From Planctomycetota bacterium (GTDB lineage Bacteria > Planctomycetota > UBA1135 > JADKAF01), in contig JADKAF010000002.1 in NCBI GenBank assembly GCA_016719295.1, forward strand, positions 98,519 through 162,518: 64,000 bases of DNA, given 5' to 3'. Positions 10,443 to 24,170 of this stretch are shown here, piece by piece. The notes beneath the pieces were generated by a model. It worked only from the letters and a program-made list of their open reading frames with translations. It did no database searches and had not been told where the DNA came from. The translations under genes were made by a program, and so were the position numbers. Position 1 is the first letter of the stretch, and every line of letters begins with the position of its first letter.

Positions 10443-10665
10443 TCGTCACCTTGGGTTCGCGCGGCCCGCGCACCGGCGGGAAACGCCGTGGGCGAGCGGG
10501 GCGAGCCGTGTTCGAGTCGATTCTCCCCACCGGCCGACGCATGCGTTCTGCGTCGAGAAAGCCACCACAACCAGGGCACGCACCCCGATGCGAGCGCCCG
10601 CGAACAGGGGCGCTTCGAGATCGGCGGGCGGGGCTGAAGGTGCTCCGCGGAGGGAAAGGGCGAGG

Positions 10666-10716
10666 AGTCTAAGGAGCAAGCGCGGCAAGGTCAACGTCGT
10701 GCTCCGGTGTTTTTTT
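10666..10716 (-). promoter_or_regulatory. Candidate sigma-70-type promoter of the S10 operon with an upstream A-tract
   Basis: The minus strand reads AAAAAAA-N15-TTGACC-N17-TAGACT (-35 at 10694..10689, -10 at 10671..10666, A7 at 10716..10710). This is the only A/T-rich patch between fusA and rpsJ and would give a leader of about 215 nt. Confidence 0.4.
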
Positions 10717-10769
10717 GGAGAAGCGCTCCAGCCGAGCCCGGGATGGCCTCCCGAGCCTGACTCGTAGGC

Positions 10770-12836
10770 TCAATATCCGAGGTTCGGCATGCGATCCGCC
10801 GGCACGGGAGAGTAGCGATCCGGCTCCATGCCGAACGAGGCGCGGCCCTGGGAGAGCGAGCGCACCGCCGTCGAGTACCCGAACATCTCCCCGATGGGTA
10901 CGGTCCCCTTCAGGATGCGCAGGTCGCCTTCGACCACCATGTCCTGGATCACCGCGCGGCGAGAGTTGAGGTCCCCCTGGATCGAGCCGAGGTAATCGGC
11001 GGGGCTCTGGACCTCGAAGCGCATGATCGGCTCGAGAAGCACCGGGCCAGCCTCCTGCAGCGCTTCGCGGAGCGCCTGGATAGCCGCCTGGCAGTAAGCG
11101 CCTTCGTGGGACTCGCCCTCGCGGACGCTGCCCCCCTCCACCGCGATGCGCACGTTCACCACGGGGTAGCTGCAGATGGGGCCGCTCGAGGCCTCCGCTT
11201 TCAGCGCGTCGACGATCGCCTGCTGGTGCACTCGGGGGATCTGCTCCGCGGGCGCCATCCAGAGGACTTCCACGCGCGCGACCTCCGCCGCGGGCACGAC
11301 GCGCAGGCGCACATGGCCGTGGACGTTGCGGTTGCCCAGCGCGCGCTCGACGACCGACTCACGCGCAGCCGGGCGCGAGACGGTCTCGCGGTACGCGACG
11401 CGCGGCTTGCCCGAGCGCACCTCGACGCGGAAGTCGCGCGAGATGCGATTGCGGAGCACCTCGAGGTGGAGCTCCCCCATCCCCGACATCAGCAGCTCGC
11501 CGGTCTCCTCGTTCTCGCTCGAGCGAAACGTCGGGTCCTCGCGCTCCAGGCGCTTCAGCACGTCGAGGAGCTTGTCGCGATCGCCCGAGGAGACCGGCTC
11601 GACCGTCATCGAGATCACGGGCTCAGGGAAGGTCAGCGACTCCAAGCTCACGGGGCGCGACTTCTCGTAGAGGGTGTCGCCCGTACGCGTGTAGCGCAGG
11701 CCGGGGAGCGCGATGATGGCTCCGGCTCCGGCGGATTCGATCTGCTCACGAGCGTTGGCATGCATGCGCAGGATCTGCCCGACGCGCTCGACCTTCTTCT
11801 CGCGCGAGTTGTAGAGCTGATCCGAGCTGCGGAGGCTTCCTGCGTAGACGCGCACGAACGAGAGATCGCCGTGCTTGTCCGTCGCGATCTTGAACACGAG
11901 CCCGCAGAAGGGCATTTCGGGATCGGGCTCGATGCGCACGGTCTCGCCGTCCTTCTTGCCGCCGATCACCATCGCCTCGACCGGCGGGACCTCGATCGGC
12001 GAAGGCAGGTAATCGACGACGGCGTCGAGCAACGGCTGGATCCCGCGATTGCGCAGCGCGCTGCCGCACAGCACGGGCACGATCGCCCCGGAGATCGTGG
12101 CTTTGCGCAGGCCGGCGACGATCTCGTCATTCGGCAGCTCGGCGCCTTCGAGATAGCGCTCGAGCAGCGACTCATCGGCTTCGGCCGCCGCTTCGAGCAG
12201 GCGCCCGCGCGCGATCTCGATCTCGGTCTCCAGCTGCTCCGGAAGCGGGATCTCGATCGGATGCGCGCCTTGATCATCCTCGTCCCAGCGCCACGCTTTC
12301 AAGCGAACGAGGTCGACGACGCCGGAGAACTCCTTCTCCTGACCGATCGGCCACTGCAGCGGAACGACGCGCGCGCGCAGGCGCTTCTCGATGTCGCTCA
12401 CCACGCGCTCGAAGTCCGCGCCAGGACGATCGAGCTTGTTGACGAACACCAACCGCGGCACGCGGAACTTGTCGGCCTGCCGCCACACCGTCTCCGACTG
12501 CGCCTGCACGCCGGCGACGCCGCAGAAGACGACGACGCATCCGTCCAGCACGCGCATCGAGCGCTCGACCTCCGCGGTGAAGTCGACGTGCCCGGGCGTG
12601 TCGATGAGCTGCAGCTCGCAATCGCGCCACGGAACATAAGTCGCCGCGGCGGTGATGGTGATGCCGCGCTCTTGCTCCTCGGGCATCCAGTCCATGACCG
12701 CAGTGCCCTCGTGCACCTCACCCATCCGATGCTCGCGCCCGGAGTAGAAGAGGATGCGCTCGGAGACGGTGGTCTTGCCCGCGTCGATGTGGGCGACGAT
12801 GCCGAAGTTGCGCAGACGTTCGATCGGTACGGTCAC
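10770..12836 (-). CDS. fusA: Elongation factor G
   Basis: G motifs NFGIVAHIDAGKTT, DTPGHVDF and NKLD, plus the EF-G domain IV/V region. Start set at GTG 12836 (VTVPIERLRNFG), 8 nt after GGGAGAG. The Arg/Ala-rich N-terminal part of ORF 10770..13055 is discarded. Confidence 0.92.
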   Translation of the reverse strand: MTVPIERLRNFGIVAHIDAGKTTVSERILFYSGREHRMGEVHEGTAVMDWMPEEQERGITITAAATYVPWRDCELQLIDTPGHVDFTAEVERSMRVLDGCVVVFCGVAGVQAQSETVWRQADKFRVPRLVFVNKLDRPGADFERVVSDIEKRLRARVVPLQWPIGQEKEFSGVVDLVRLKAWRWDEDDQGAHPIEIPLPEQLETEIEIARGRLLEAAAEADESLLERYLEGAELPNDEIVAGLRKATISGAIVPVLCGSALRNRGIQPLLDAVVDYLPSPIEVPPVEAMVIGGKKDGETVRIEPDPEMPFCGLVFKIATDKHGDLSFVRVYAGSLRSSDQLYNSREKKVERVGQILRMHANAREQIESAGAGAIIALPGLRYTRTGDTLYEKSRPVSLESLTFPEPVISMTVEPVSSGDRDKLLDVLKRLEREDPTFRSSENEETGELLMSGMGELHLEVLRNRISRDFRVEVRSGKPRVAYRETVSRPAARESVVERALGNRNVHGHVRLRVVPAAEVARVEVLWMAPAEQIPRVHQQAIVDALKAEASSGPICSYPVVNVRIAVEGGSVREGESHEGAYCQAAIQALREALQEAGPVLLEPIMRFEVQSPADYLGSIQGDLNSRRAVIQDMVVEGDLRILKGTVPIGEMFGYSTAVRSLSQGRASFGMEPDRYSPVPADRMPNLGY

Positions 12837-12943
12837 GGGCGGGACTCTCCCAGGAGAGCAGTTCGAGCACGCGGGAATCGAGAGCGGCAGAGCCGGAGCG
12901 GGCCGGCTTGGACGAGCGCGGAGGAGTCTGGCAGGTGTTCCCC

Positions 12944-13477
12944 TCAGGCGCCATCGGCCGCCGGAGCCTGCGCTGGCGCGTGCTCGGCGAGCCGCGCGAT
13001 CCGCTCGGCGTTGAGGCGGAGGAACTCGTCCCTCCAGCGATAGGCGGCGAGCCAAGACTCGTCGCGCGAGCCCGTCGCGAGCAGCGCGAGATACAGCGCT
13101 TCGATGCTGGCGAGCCCCGCGCTCGGATCCTCGAAGGTCTTCGAACGTCGGGGATAAGCGGTCTCGAATCCGGGCGGGATGGAGCGCGCGACGAAGCGCC
13201 CGTCGAGGCGGCGCATCATCGTCTGCACGCGACGCCAGGCGCCATCGAGCACGAGGAGCGGGCGAGCGGCATCCTCGCGCGAGAGCGGCTCCCCATCGCA
13301 GTGCAGCAGCACGGCGCCTTCGACCGCATAGCGTCGATCGACGTCGAAGCTGAGAAAGCTCACGTCAGGACGCCCGCGCAGAGGGATCAACGTGCACTTC
13401 GCCGGCGCCTCCTTCGGATCGCGGAGGATCCAAACGCGCGCCAGGCGATCGAAGTGCAGAGGCTCACGATCGAGCAT
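12944..13477 (-). CDS. Tsr3/DTW-like (TDD superfamily) putative aminocarboxypropyl transferase
   Basis: The C-terminal 177 aa of ORF 12944..13696 carry RDPKEAPAKCT, VLDGAWRRV and LASIEALYLALLATG...YRWRDEFLRLN. These parallel archaeal Tsr3 motifs (DDPKxCT, D-x-SW, LSSLEAL...KWGHxFxELN). The start is uncertain (ATG 13477 or GTG 13486) and the SD is weak. Confidence 0.6.
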   Translation of the reverse strand: MLDREPLHFDRLARVWILRDPKEAPAKCTLIPLRGRPDVSFLSFDVDRRYAVEGAVLLHCDGEPLSREDAARPLLVLDGAWRRVQTMMRRLDGRFVARSIPPGFETAYPRRSKTFEDPSAGLASIEALYLALLATGSRDESWLAAYRWRDEFLRLNAERIARLAEHAPAQAPAADGA

Positions 13478-13501
13478 CCCGTCCACCGTCGTGCAGACCG
13501 T

Positions 13502-13535
13502 CCAGAAATGCGAAAGGCCTCGCGCGAGCGAGGCC
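13502..13535 (-). terminator. Terminator/attenuator-like hairpin between rpsG and the Tsr3-like gene
   Basis: The minus strand reads GGCCTCGC-tcgc-GCGAGGCC followed by TTTCGCATTTCT, an 8-bp GC stem plus a U-rich tail. Confidence 0.4.
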
Positions 13536-13632
13536 CTACCGTCGGTGCAGAACGAGCGGCGAGAGCTCGATCGGGCACCCTCAGATGCCTCCCGCGGTTC
13601 CACTGCGAAGACAGGCCCGCGAGAGCTGCGGA

Positions 13633-14112
13633 TCAGTATGCGAAGTGGCTGTATGCGCGGTTCGCGTCGGCCATCTTGTGCGTGTTCTCCTTCCACGTCA
13701 CCGAAGCGCCCTGATAGTTGTAGGCGTCGAAGAGCTCGTCGGCGAGGCGCAGGTGCATCGGCTTGCCCTTCTTCTTGCGGGCGTTGTCGATGATCACGCG
13801 GATCGCGAGCGACTGCTGGCGCGGCTTCTTCACCTCGTGGGGCACCTGATAATTGGCGCCGCCGACGCGCTTGCTGCGCACTTCGACCGTCGGCTTCACG
13901 TTCTCGACCGCGACTTCGAAGAGCTTCGCGCGCTCTTCTTCGGGCAGGCCGATGCGCTTCGAGGCCGCTTCGACGGCCTTGTAGAAGATCCGCTGGGCCA
14001 CCGTGCGCTTGCCGGTGAGCATGATCTTGTTGATGACCTTCGTGGCCAGGATCGAGCCGTAGATCGGATCCGGCTTCAGGAACTTGGCGGTCGATTCGTA
14101 GTTGCGAGGCAT
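13633..14112 (-). CDS. rpsG: 30S ribosomal protein S7
   Basis: 159-aa ORF MPRNYESTAKFLKPDPIYGS...GGANYQVP...NRAYSHFAY. Confidence 0.94.
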   Translation of the reverse strand: MPRNYESTAKFLKPDPIYGSILATKVINKIMLTGKRTVAQRIFYKAVEAASKRIGLPEEERAKLFEVAVENVKPTVEVRSKRVGGANYQVPHEVKKPRQQSLAIRVIIDNARKKKGKPMHLRLADELFDAYNYQGASVTWKENTHKMADANRAYSHFAY

Positions 14113-14238
14113 GCGAGTCGTTGAAGAGTGTGCGGGAGAGGAGGGAGAGGCGACCCTCCGGTGGTGGCTTCGGGGCGAGAACCCCTCGGCATCAGTAGCG
14201 CGGGCCTACGGGACTCGCTCGCGATCCCGGGAGCAATC

Positions 14239-14283
14239 CCAGGTCCGCGAGCGCCAGGTCCGCGTGCGCCAGGTACGCGTGCG
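14239..14283. repeat. 15-nt x3 tandem repeat in the rpsL-rpsG spacer
   Basis: ccaggtccgcgagcg / ccaggtccgcgtgcg / ccaggtacgcgtgcg, head to tail. Confidence 0.9.
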
Positions 14284-14315
14284 AACGTGCCGCCGACGCT
14301 AGCGCGCGCGTCAGC

Positions 14316-14687
<372 letters not shown>

Positions 14688-14905
14688 CGTTTGGATCTAA
14701 GCGGAAGCGGACTCGAGCACGCGGGAGACGGAGGCCCCCGCGGAAGTCCCGGTTGGCGGTGCGGGCCAGCGACCGACGCGAGGAATCTCGCCCATCGATC
14801 GCGGCGGTAAGCGCGTCGGGCAACCCTGCAGCGCGAGAAACACGCAGCGGACGCTCACGGCGCATCGCTCTCGGACGGAGCTCTGCCAGCCCGAGAGAGC
14901 GGAGC

Positions 14906-14933
14906 AGTATAGAGATCGATCCTCCGAGATCAA
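14906..14933 (-). promoter_or_regulatory. Candidate promoter of the str operon (rpsL)
   Basis: The minus strand reads TTGATC-N16-TATACT (-35 at 14933..14928, -10 at 14911..14906), about 220 nt upstream of rpsL. Confidence 0.35.
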
Positions 14934-15239
14934 GCCCCTGCGGCAACTCGCAGCCAGAAGAAAGTCCGCGAGACGCAGATGCTGCGCTCGCGCCCCCGGC
15001 TTCCGAGCCGGCTTTCTCCGGCGGGCAGGCAGCGCCGCGCAGTTTCTAGCCGTAATTCGGCCAGGAATTGCGCCCAAGAAGCAGCGGGGCGACACGTGCC
15101 GCGCCTACATCGTTGCGAGCTTTTCCGCGCGGCGCCGCGGAAGCGCTCGGGCGGCTTCCTCCTCCCCTCCCCCGCTCGTTCCCCCCCATCCGCGGCGTCC
15201 AGAAGCACCGCTCGGCCGCGGAGCTCGGCCGGAACGAGC

Positions 15240-15275
15240 GCGAGGTGCGCCGCGCTCGCGCGCGACGCACCTCGC
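15240..15275 (-). terminator. Long hairpin downstream of rpoC
   Basis: 15-nt arms gcgaggtgcgccgcg / cgcgacgcacctcgc with one mismatch and a 6-nt loop, about 50 nt after the rpoC stop. There is no U-tract. Confidence 0.3.
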
Positions 15276-15325
15276 GGTGCTCGATGCCGGGCTCCGGTGC
15301 TCGACGCCCCGGAGGAGACTCCGGC

Positions 15326-19521
<4,196 letters not shown>

Positions 19522-19570
19522 GGGGATCCTCTCGTCGCTCTAGCTGTCCAACTTGCCGTCGCCGCCGCCG

Positions 19571-19678
19571 CATCGCGACGCCGTCAGGCGCCGCGACCCA
19601 GCATTCCATCGCGACGCCGTCAGGCGCCGCGACCCAGCATCTCATCGCGACGCCGTCAGGCGTCGCGACCCAGCACTA
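19571..19678. repeat. 36-nt x3 tandem repeat, each unit a hairpin, filling the rpoB-rpoC spacer
   Basis: The units start at 19571, 19607 and 19643 (catcgcgacgccgtcaggcg[c/t]cgcgacccagca...). Each contains tcgcgacgcc-gtca-ggcg(c/t)cgcga. The third copy is a perfect 10-bp palindrome and overlaps the rpoB stop codon. Confidence 0.9.
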
Positions 19679-22600
19679 CCGCCCGCCCACCGCGCTCTCG
19701 AGCGCGTCGAGCGAGAGCTTCTTCTCGAGCTCCATGTTGAGCGCGAGGCCCTTGATCTCGTTCGTGAGCACCTCGAACGAAACCGGGGTTCCGGGCTCCA
19801 GGATGTTGGTGCCCTTCACCATCGACTCGTAGATCTTCGTGCGGCCGTCGACGTCGTCGGACTTCACGGTGAGCAGCTCCTGGAGGATGCTCGCCGCGCC
19901 GTAGGCCTCGAGCGCCCACACCTCCATCTCCCCGAAGCGCTGGCCGCCGAAGCGAGCCTTGCCACCGAGGGGCTGCTGCGTGATGAGCGAGTAGGGACCC
20001 GTCGCGCGAGCATGCACCTTGTCGTCGACGAGGTGGTGGAGCTTCAGCATGTAGATGTAGCCCACCGTGACGTCCTGCTCGAAGGGCTCGCCAGAGCGAC
20101 CGTCGAAGAGCTTCGACTTGCCGGTAGGCGGCAGCCCCGCCTGCAGCAGCAGCTTCTCGATCTCGTGCTCGGTGGCGCCGTCGAAGGGCGGCGTCGCCGC
20201 GCGGAAGCCGAGCGCCGCGGCGGCCCAGCCGAGGTGCGTCTCCAGGATCTGCCCGACGTTCATGCGCGAAGGCACGCCGAGCGGATTCAGAACGATGTCG
20301 ACCGTGGTGCCGTCCTCGAGGAACGGCATGTCCTCCAGAGGGAGGATCTTCGAGATGACGCCCTTGTTGCCGTGGCGTCCGGCCATCTTGTCGCCAACCG
20401 AGAGGTTGCGCTTGGTGGCGATGTAGACCTTCACCATCTCGAGCACGCCGGTGGGCAGCTCGTCACCGCGCGAGAGGCGGTTCACGAACTTCACCTTCTC
20501 GTTCTCGCGGTACTCGATCTTGTCGGAGAACTCGCGCACGATCTCGAGCGCGCGGTCCTTCTGCTTGCGGTCCTCGAGCCCATCGACCAGCGTGCGCAGC
20601 GCCTCGCGGGCACCCTTCAGCTCCTCGTAGTTCGGCGTATCGCCGATCTTGAGCGGCTTCCCGCCGACCTTGATCTTGTCGGCGAGCAGCTCTTCGAGGT
20701 CCCGCTGCATCGCGCGGATGTAGTCGCGGAAGAGCTCGAGGAACTCCTTCTCCGCCTTCTTGATGTCGTTCAGCGCCTTCATGCGCTCGGCGTCGGTCAA
20801 GTTCACCTTGCGGGAGAACTTCTGCGCTTCGAGCACGATGCCGTTCACGCCGGAGGGCACGTCGAGCGAGGCGTTCTTCACGTCCTCACCCGCGCGACCG
20901 AAGATCGCGTGCAGCAGCTTCTCTTCGGGCGTGAGCTCCGACTTCGACTTCGGGGCGACCTTGCCGACCAGGATGTCGCCGGCCTGCACGCGCGTGCCGG
21001 GGAGGACGATGCCGGTCTCGTCGAGATTCGCCAGCGCCTTCTCCCCGACGTTGGGGATGTCGCGCGTGAACTCCTCCTTGCCGAGCTTCGTCTCGCGGAT
21101 CTCGATGTCGTACTCGTCGATGTGGATCGACGTGTAGACGTCGTCGCGAACCAGGCGCTCCGACACGAGGATCGCGTCCTCGAAGTTGTAGCCGTCCCAG
21201 GTCATGAACGCGACGAGCAGGTTCTTGCCCAGGGCGAGCTCGCCGTTGTGCGTCGAAGCTCCGTCGGCGAGGACCTGCCCCTTCTTCACCTTGTCGCCGG
21301 GCTTCACCAGCGGCGTCTGGTTGAGGCAGGTGCGCTCGTTGAGGCCGCAGAACTTGCGGAGACGGTATTCGTCCTCGCCGATCACGATGCGACGAGAGTC
21401 GACGTACTTCACGACGCCGGCCTTCTCGGCCTTGACGAGCATGCCCGAGTTCTCGGCGACCACGCGCTCCATGCCGGTGCCGACCAGCGGCGGCTCGGTC
21501 TTGATGAGCGGCACGGCCTGGCGCTGCATGTTCGAGCCCATCAACGCGCGGTTCGCGTCGTCGTGCTCGAGGAACGGGATGAGCGCCGCGGACACGCCGA
21601 TGACCTGCTTCGGCGAGATGTCCATGTACTCGACTTCTTTCCCGTCCACGAGCGCGAAGTCGCCCTTCACGCGCGCCAGGATGCGCTCGCCGGAGAACTT
21701 GTGCTGCTCGTCGGTCTCGGTGTCCGCCGGCGCGATGATCGCGACCTGCTCCTGATCTGCGCGCAGCCACACGACGTGGTCCATCACGCGGCCCTTCTCG
21801 ATGGTGCGATAGGGCGTGGTGAGGAATCCGTATTCGTCGACGCCCGCGTAGATCGAGAGCGAGGAGATGAGGCCGATGTTCGTGCCTTCCGGCGTCTCGA
21901 TCGGGCAGAGCCGCCCGTAGTGGGAGATGTGCACGTCGCGGACTTCGAAGCCCGCGCGCTTGCGATTCAAACCACCCGGTCCGAGGGCCGAGAGACGGCG
22001 CTCGTGCGTGAGCTGCGAGAGCGGGTTCGTTTGGTCGACGACCTGCGAGAGCTCTCCGCGCCCGAAGAAGTAGTCGATCGCCGAGGAGAAGGTCTTCGAG
22101 TTGATGAGGTTTCTCGGGGTGACCGAGTCCTCCTGCTCGAGGTTCATGCGCTCCTGGGCGGTGCGACGGAGCTTGAGGAAGCCCTTGCGGAACTCATCGC
22201 CCGCGAGCTCCATCAGCGTGCGCACACGGCGGTTGCCGAGGTGGTCGATGTCGTCGAGCTCACCCTGCCCGGAGCGCAGCGTGAGCAGGTACTTGACCGC
22301 ATCGACCATGTCCTCGGCCTGCAGGCGCTGCTCGGTCTCGGGCGTCTGGCGACCGAACTTGCGGTTCAGGCGGAAGCGGCCGACGCGACCGAGGCGGTAG
22401 CGCTGCGGATCCCGGAACTTCTCCTCGAAGAGGGCGCGCGCCTTCTCCGGCGCGGCCGGATTCCCCGGGCGCAGCTTCGAGTAGATCTTGAGCAGCGCGT
22501 CCTCATGGCTCTCCGAGGGATCCTCGGCCAGCGAGTTCAGGATGAGGTGGTCGTCGATCGCATCGATGACCTCGACTTCCTTGATGTCGCTCTCGGAGAT

Positions 22601-23383
22601 CAGGTTCGCGAGCGCTTCTTCGATCAGCGCCCCTTCCTGGACGATGGGGTTGCCCTCGGCGTCCAGGATCTTCGTGACCGCGGTCTTGTTGCGGATCTTC
22701 TTCGCGAACGCGGCGCTGGTCTCGGCCTTCGCCTTCCTCAGCTTCGTCGTCTTGTAGAACTCGCGGATGATCGACTCGTTGGACGAGTACTTCTCGTCCA
22801 TCGCGCGGATCAGCGTCATCGCGGAGAACTTGCCACTCTGGTCGATGCGGACCTGCAGCGTGTCCTTCTTCGTGACGTTGACCTCGATCCACGAGCCGCG
22901 CTCGGGGATGATCCAGCAGGAGTGCAGCTTCTTGTCACCCGTGTGGATCTCGACCGAGAAATCGACCCCGGGCGAGCGGTGGAGCTGGGAGACGATGACG
23001 CGCTCGGCGCCGTTGATGATGAACTCCCCGCCCCCGATCATGATCGGGATCTCGCCGAGGTAGACGTCCTCCTCGACGGGCTCGGGCTTCACCAGACGGA
23101 CCCGGATCTTGAACGGGTACCCGTAGCTGAGTCGCAGCTTGCGGCATTCGTCCGGCGTGTAGCGCGGCTTGCCGAGCTCGTAGCCCAGGTACTCCAGGGT
23201 CATCTTCTGGTCGAAGCTCTGAATCGGGAAAACCTCCCGCAGCAGCGCTTCGAGACCGATGTCCTCGCGGCGATCCGCCCCCACATTGACCTGCAGGAAC
23301 TCCGCGTAGGAGCGAGTCTGCAGCTCGACGAGATCGGGGACTTGAGCGATCTCGCGGTAGCGGCCGAAGGTGCGGAGGGGCAT
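19676..23383 (-). CDS. rpoB: DNA-directed RNA polymerase subunit beta
   Basis: ORF 19676..23524 carries RpoB motifs throughout (for example [14 protein letters not shown] near the C-terminus). Start taken at ATG 23383 ([22 protein letters not shown]). Alternatives are GTG 23416 (8 nt after GGAG) or 23524. Confidence 0.92.
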   Translation of the reverse strand: MPLRTFGRYREIAQVPDLVELQTRSYAEFLQVNVGADRREDIGLEALLREVFPIQSFDQKMTLEYLGYELGKPRYTPDECRKLRLSYGYPFKIRVRLVKPEPVEEDVYLGEIPIMIGGGEFIINGAERVIVSQLHRSPGVDFSVEIHTGDKKLHSCWIIPERGSWIEVNVTKKDTLQVRIDQSGKFSAMTLIRAMDEKYSSNESIIREFYKTTKLRKAKAETSAAFAKKIRNKTAVTKILDAEGNPIVQEGALIEEALANLISESDIKEVEVIDAIDDHLILNSLAEDPSESHEDALLKIYSKLRPGNPAAPEKARALFEEKFRDPQRYRLGRVGRFRLNRKFGRQTPETEQRLQAEDMVDAVKYLLTLRSGQGELDDIDHLGNRRVRTLMELAGDEFRKGFLKLRRTAQERMNLEQEDSVTPRNLINSKTFSSAIDYFFGRGELSQVVDQTNPLSQLTHERRLSALGPGGLNRKRAGFEVRDVHISHYGRLCPIETPEGTNIGLISSLSIYAGVDEYGFLTTPYRTIEKGRVMDHVVWLRADQEQVAIIAPADTETDEQHKFSGERILARVKGDFALVDGKEVEYMDISPKQVIGVSAALIPFLEHDDANRALMGSNMQRQAVPLIKTEPPLVGTGMERVVAENSGMLVKAEKAGVVKYVDSRRIVIGEDEYRLRKFCGLNERTCLNQTPLVKPGDKVKKGQVLADGASTHNGELALGKNLLVAFMTWDGYNFEDAILVSERLVRDDVYTSIHIDEYDIEIRETKLGKEEFTRDIPNVGEKALANLDETGIVLPGTRVQAGDILVGKVAPKSKSELTPEEKLLHAIFGRAGEDVKNASLDVPSGVNGIVLEAQKFSRKVNLTDAERMKALNDIKKAEKEFLELFRDYIRAMQRDLEELLADKIKVGGKPLKIGDTPNYEELKGAREALRTLVDGLEDRKQKDRALEIVREFSDKIEYRENEKVKFVNRLSRGDELPTGVLEMVKVYIATKRNLSVGDKMAGRHGNKGVISKILPLEDMPFLEDGTTVDIVLNPLGVPSRMNVGQILETHLGWAAAALGFRAATPPFDGATEHEIEKLLLQAGLPPTGKSKLFDGRSGEPFEQDVTVGYIYMLKLHHLVDDKVHARATGPYSLITQQPLGGKARFGGQRFGEMEVWALEAYGAASILQELLTVKSDDVDGRTKIYESMVKGTNILEPGTPVSFEVLTNEIKGLALNMELEKKLSLDALESAVGGR

Positions 23384-23756
23384 CGAGCCCACCGCTTGAG
23401 TACCGTGCTTGTTCACAGGGTCCACTCCGTAGGTCTTCGCCGCGCGCAGGGGCTGGCGAGTCAGTCGGATCTCTGGATCGGATGGGAGAATGCGCCGCTG
23501 CGGAGCGGCGCTCCGAGCGACCACACGCGGCTCACCTCGTCAGGGGTCGCGCTCCGATCTGTTCCGTCGTCGTTCGGTCTGTCGTCGATCGTTTCGTCGG
23601 TCGACCCGAGGTCGTCGGGCTAGATGGCTCTTGTCGGTCCCGACATCTCGCCGTCTTCCGTCGCCGTGGCTTCAGCGGACGTCGCCGCGTCGGTCGTCGT
23701 AGCGTCGGTCGTGTTCGGTGCGTTCGTTCTAGCGTTCTAGGGATCGTCGATCCCGG

Positions 23757-23815
23757 GTCTCCCCCAAGTGCGACGTCTCCCCCCAGCGCGACGTCTCCCC
23801 CAAGTGCGACGTCCC
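23757..23815. repeat. 18-nt tandem repeat (about 3.3 copies)
   Basis: gtctcccccaagtgcgac / gtctccccccagcgcgac / gtctcccccaagtgcgac / gtccccc... Confidence 0.9.
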
Positions 23816-23871
23816 CCGCGAGGCGCCACGCCGTTCGCGGCAGCACCTGTTGGAAGTCGAGGATGCACTGC

Positions 23872-23943
23872 CAGGTAGGAGAAGACTGTCAGGTAGGAGA
23901 AGACGGTCAGGGAGGAGAGGAACGTCGGGGAGGGAAGGCGATG
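23872..23943. repeat. 18-nt purine-rich tandem repeat (4 progressively degenerate copies)
   Basis: caggtaggagaagactgt / caggtaggagaagacggt / cagggaggagaggaacgt / cggggagggaaggcgatg. Confidence 0.85.
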
Positions 23944-24087
23944 CGGGAAAGTAGCGAGGGTTCGAGATGGGCTCGAGCCCACCCACTCCCGCGTCGATCG
24001 TCTTCGCGCAGGAATCTGCGCGCTGCGGGATCGATGGCTCTCGCGGGAGCCGGCGCTCGCATCGTTCTCACCAGCCCGATTCGCAAT

Positions 24088-24170
24088 CGCGCGCTCTGGC
24101 CCAGTTCCCGCGCGCTCTTGCCCAGTTCCCGCGCGCTCTCGCCCAGCTCCGCAGTCTTGCCCAGCTCGCC
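24088..24170. repeat. 21-nt tandem repeat (about 4 copies)
   Basis: cgcgcgctctggcccagttcc / cgcgcgctcttgcccagttcc / cgcgcgctctcgcccagctcc / gcagtcttgcccagctcgcc. Confidence 0.85.

Noticed and set aside
10710-10716. T7 run on the plus strand as an intrinsic terminator
   Set aside because: No stable hairpin precedes it on the plus strand and there is no plus-strand gene to terminate. On the minus strand it is an A-tract correctly placed as an UP-like element for the TTGACC-N17-TAGACT promoter.
11106-13043. 645-aa plus-strand ORF
   Set aside because: It is antisense to fusA with no motifs. It is a shadow ORF.
12837-13055. N-terminal extension of the fusA ORF, and the 13478..13696 extension of the Tsr3-like ORF into rpsG
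   Set aside because: Both extensions are low-complexity and overlap neighbouring features. Conserved N-termini and a good SD (for fusA) support the shorter starts.
19571-24170. CRISPR array interpretation of the tandem repeats
   Set aside because: The repeats are directly adjacent with no unique spacers, the units are only 15-36 nt, and no cas genes are present.
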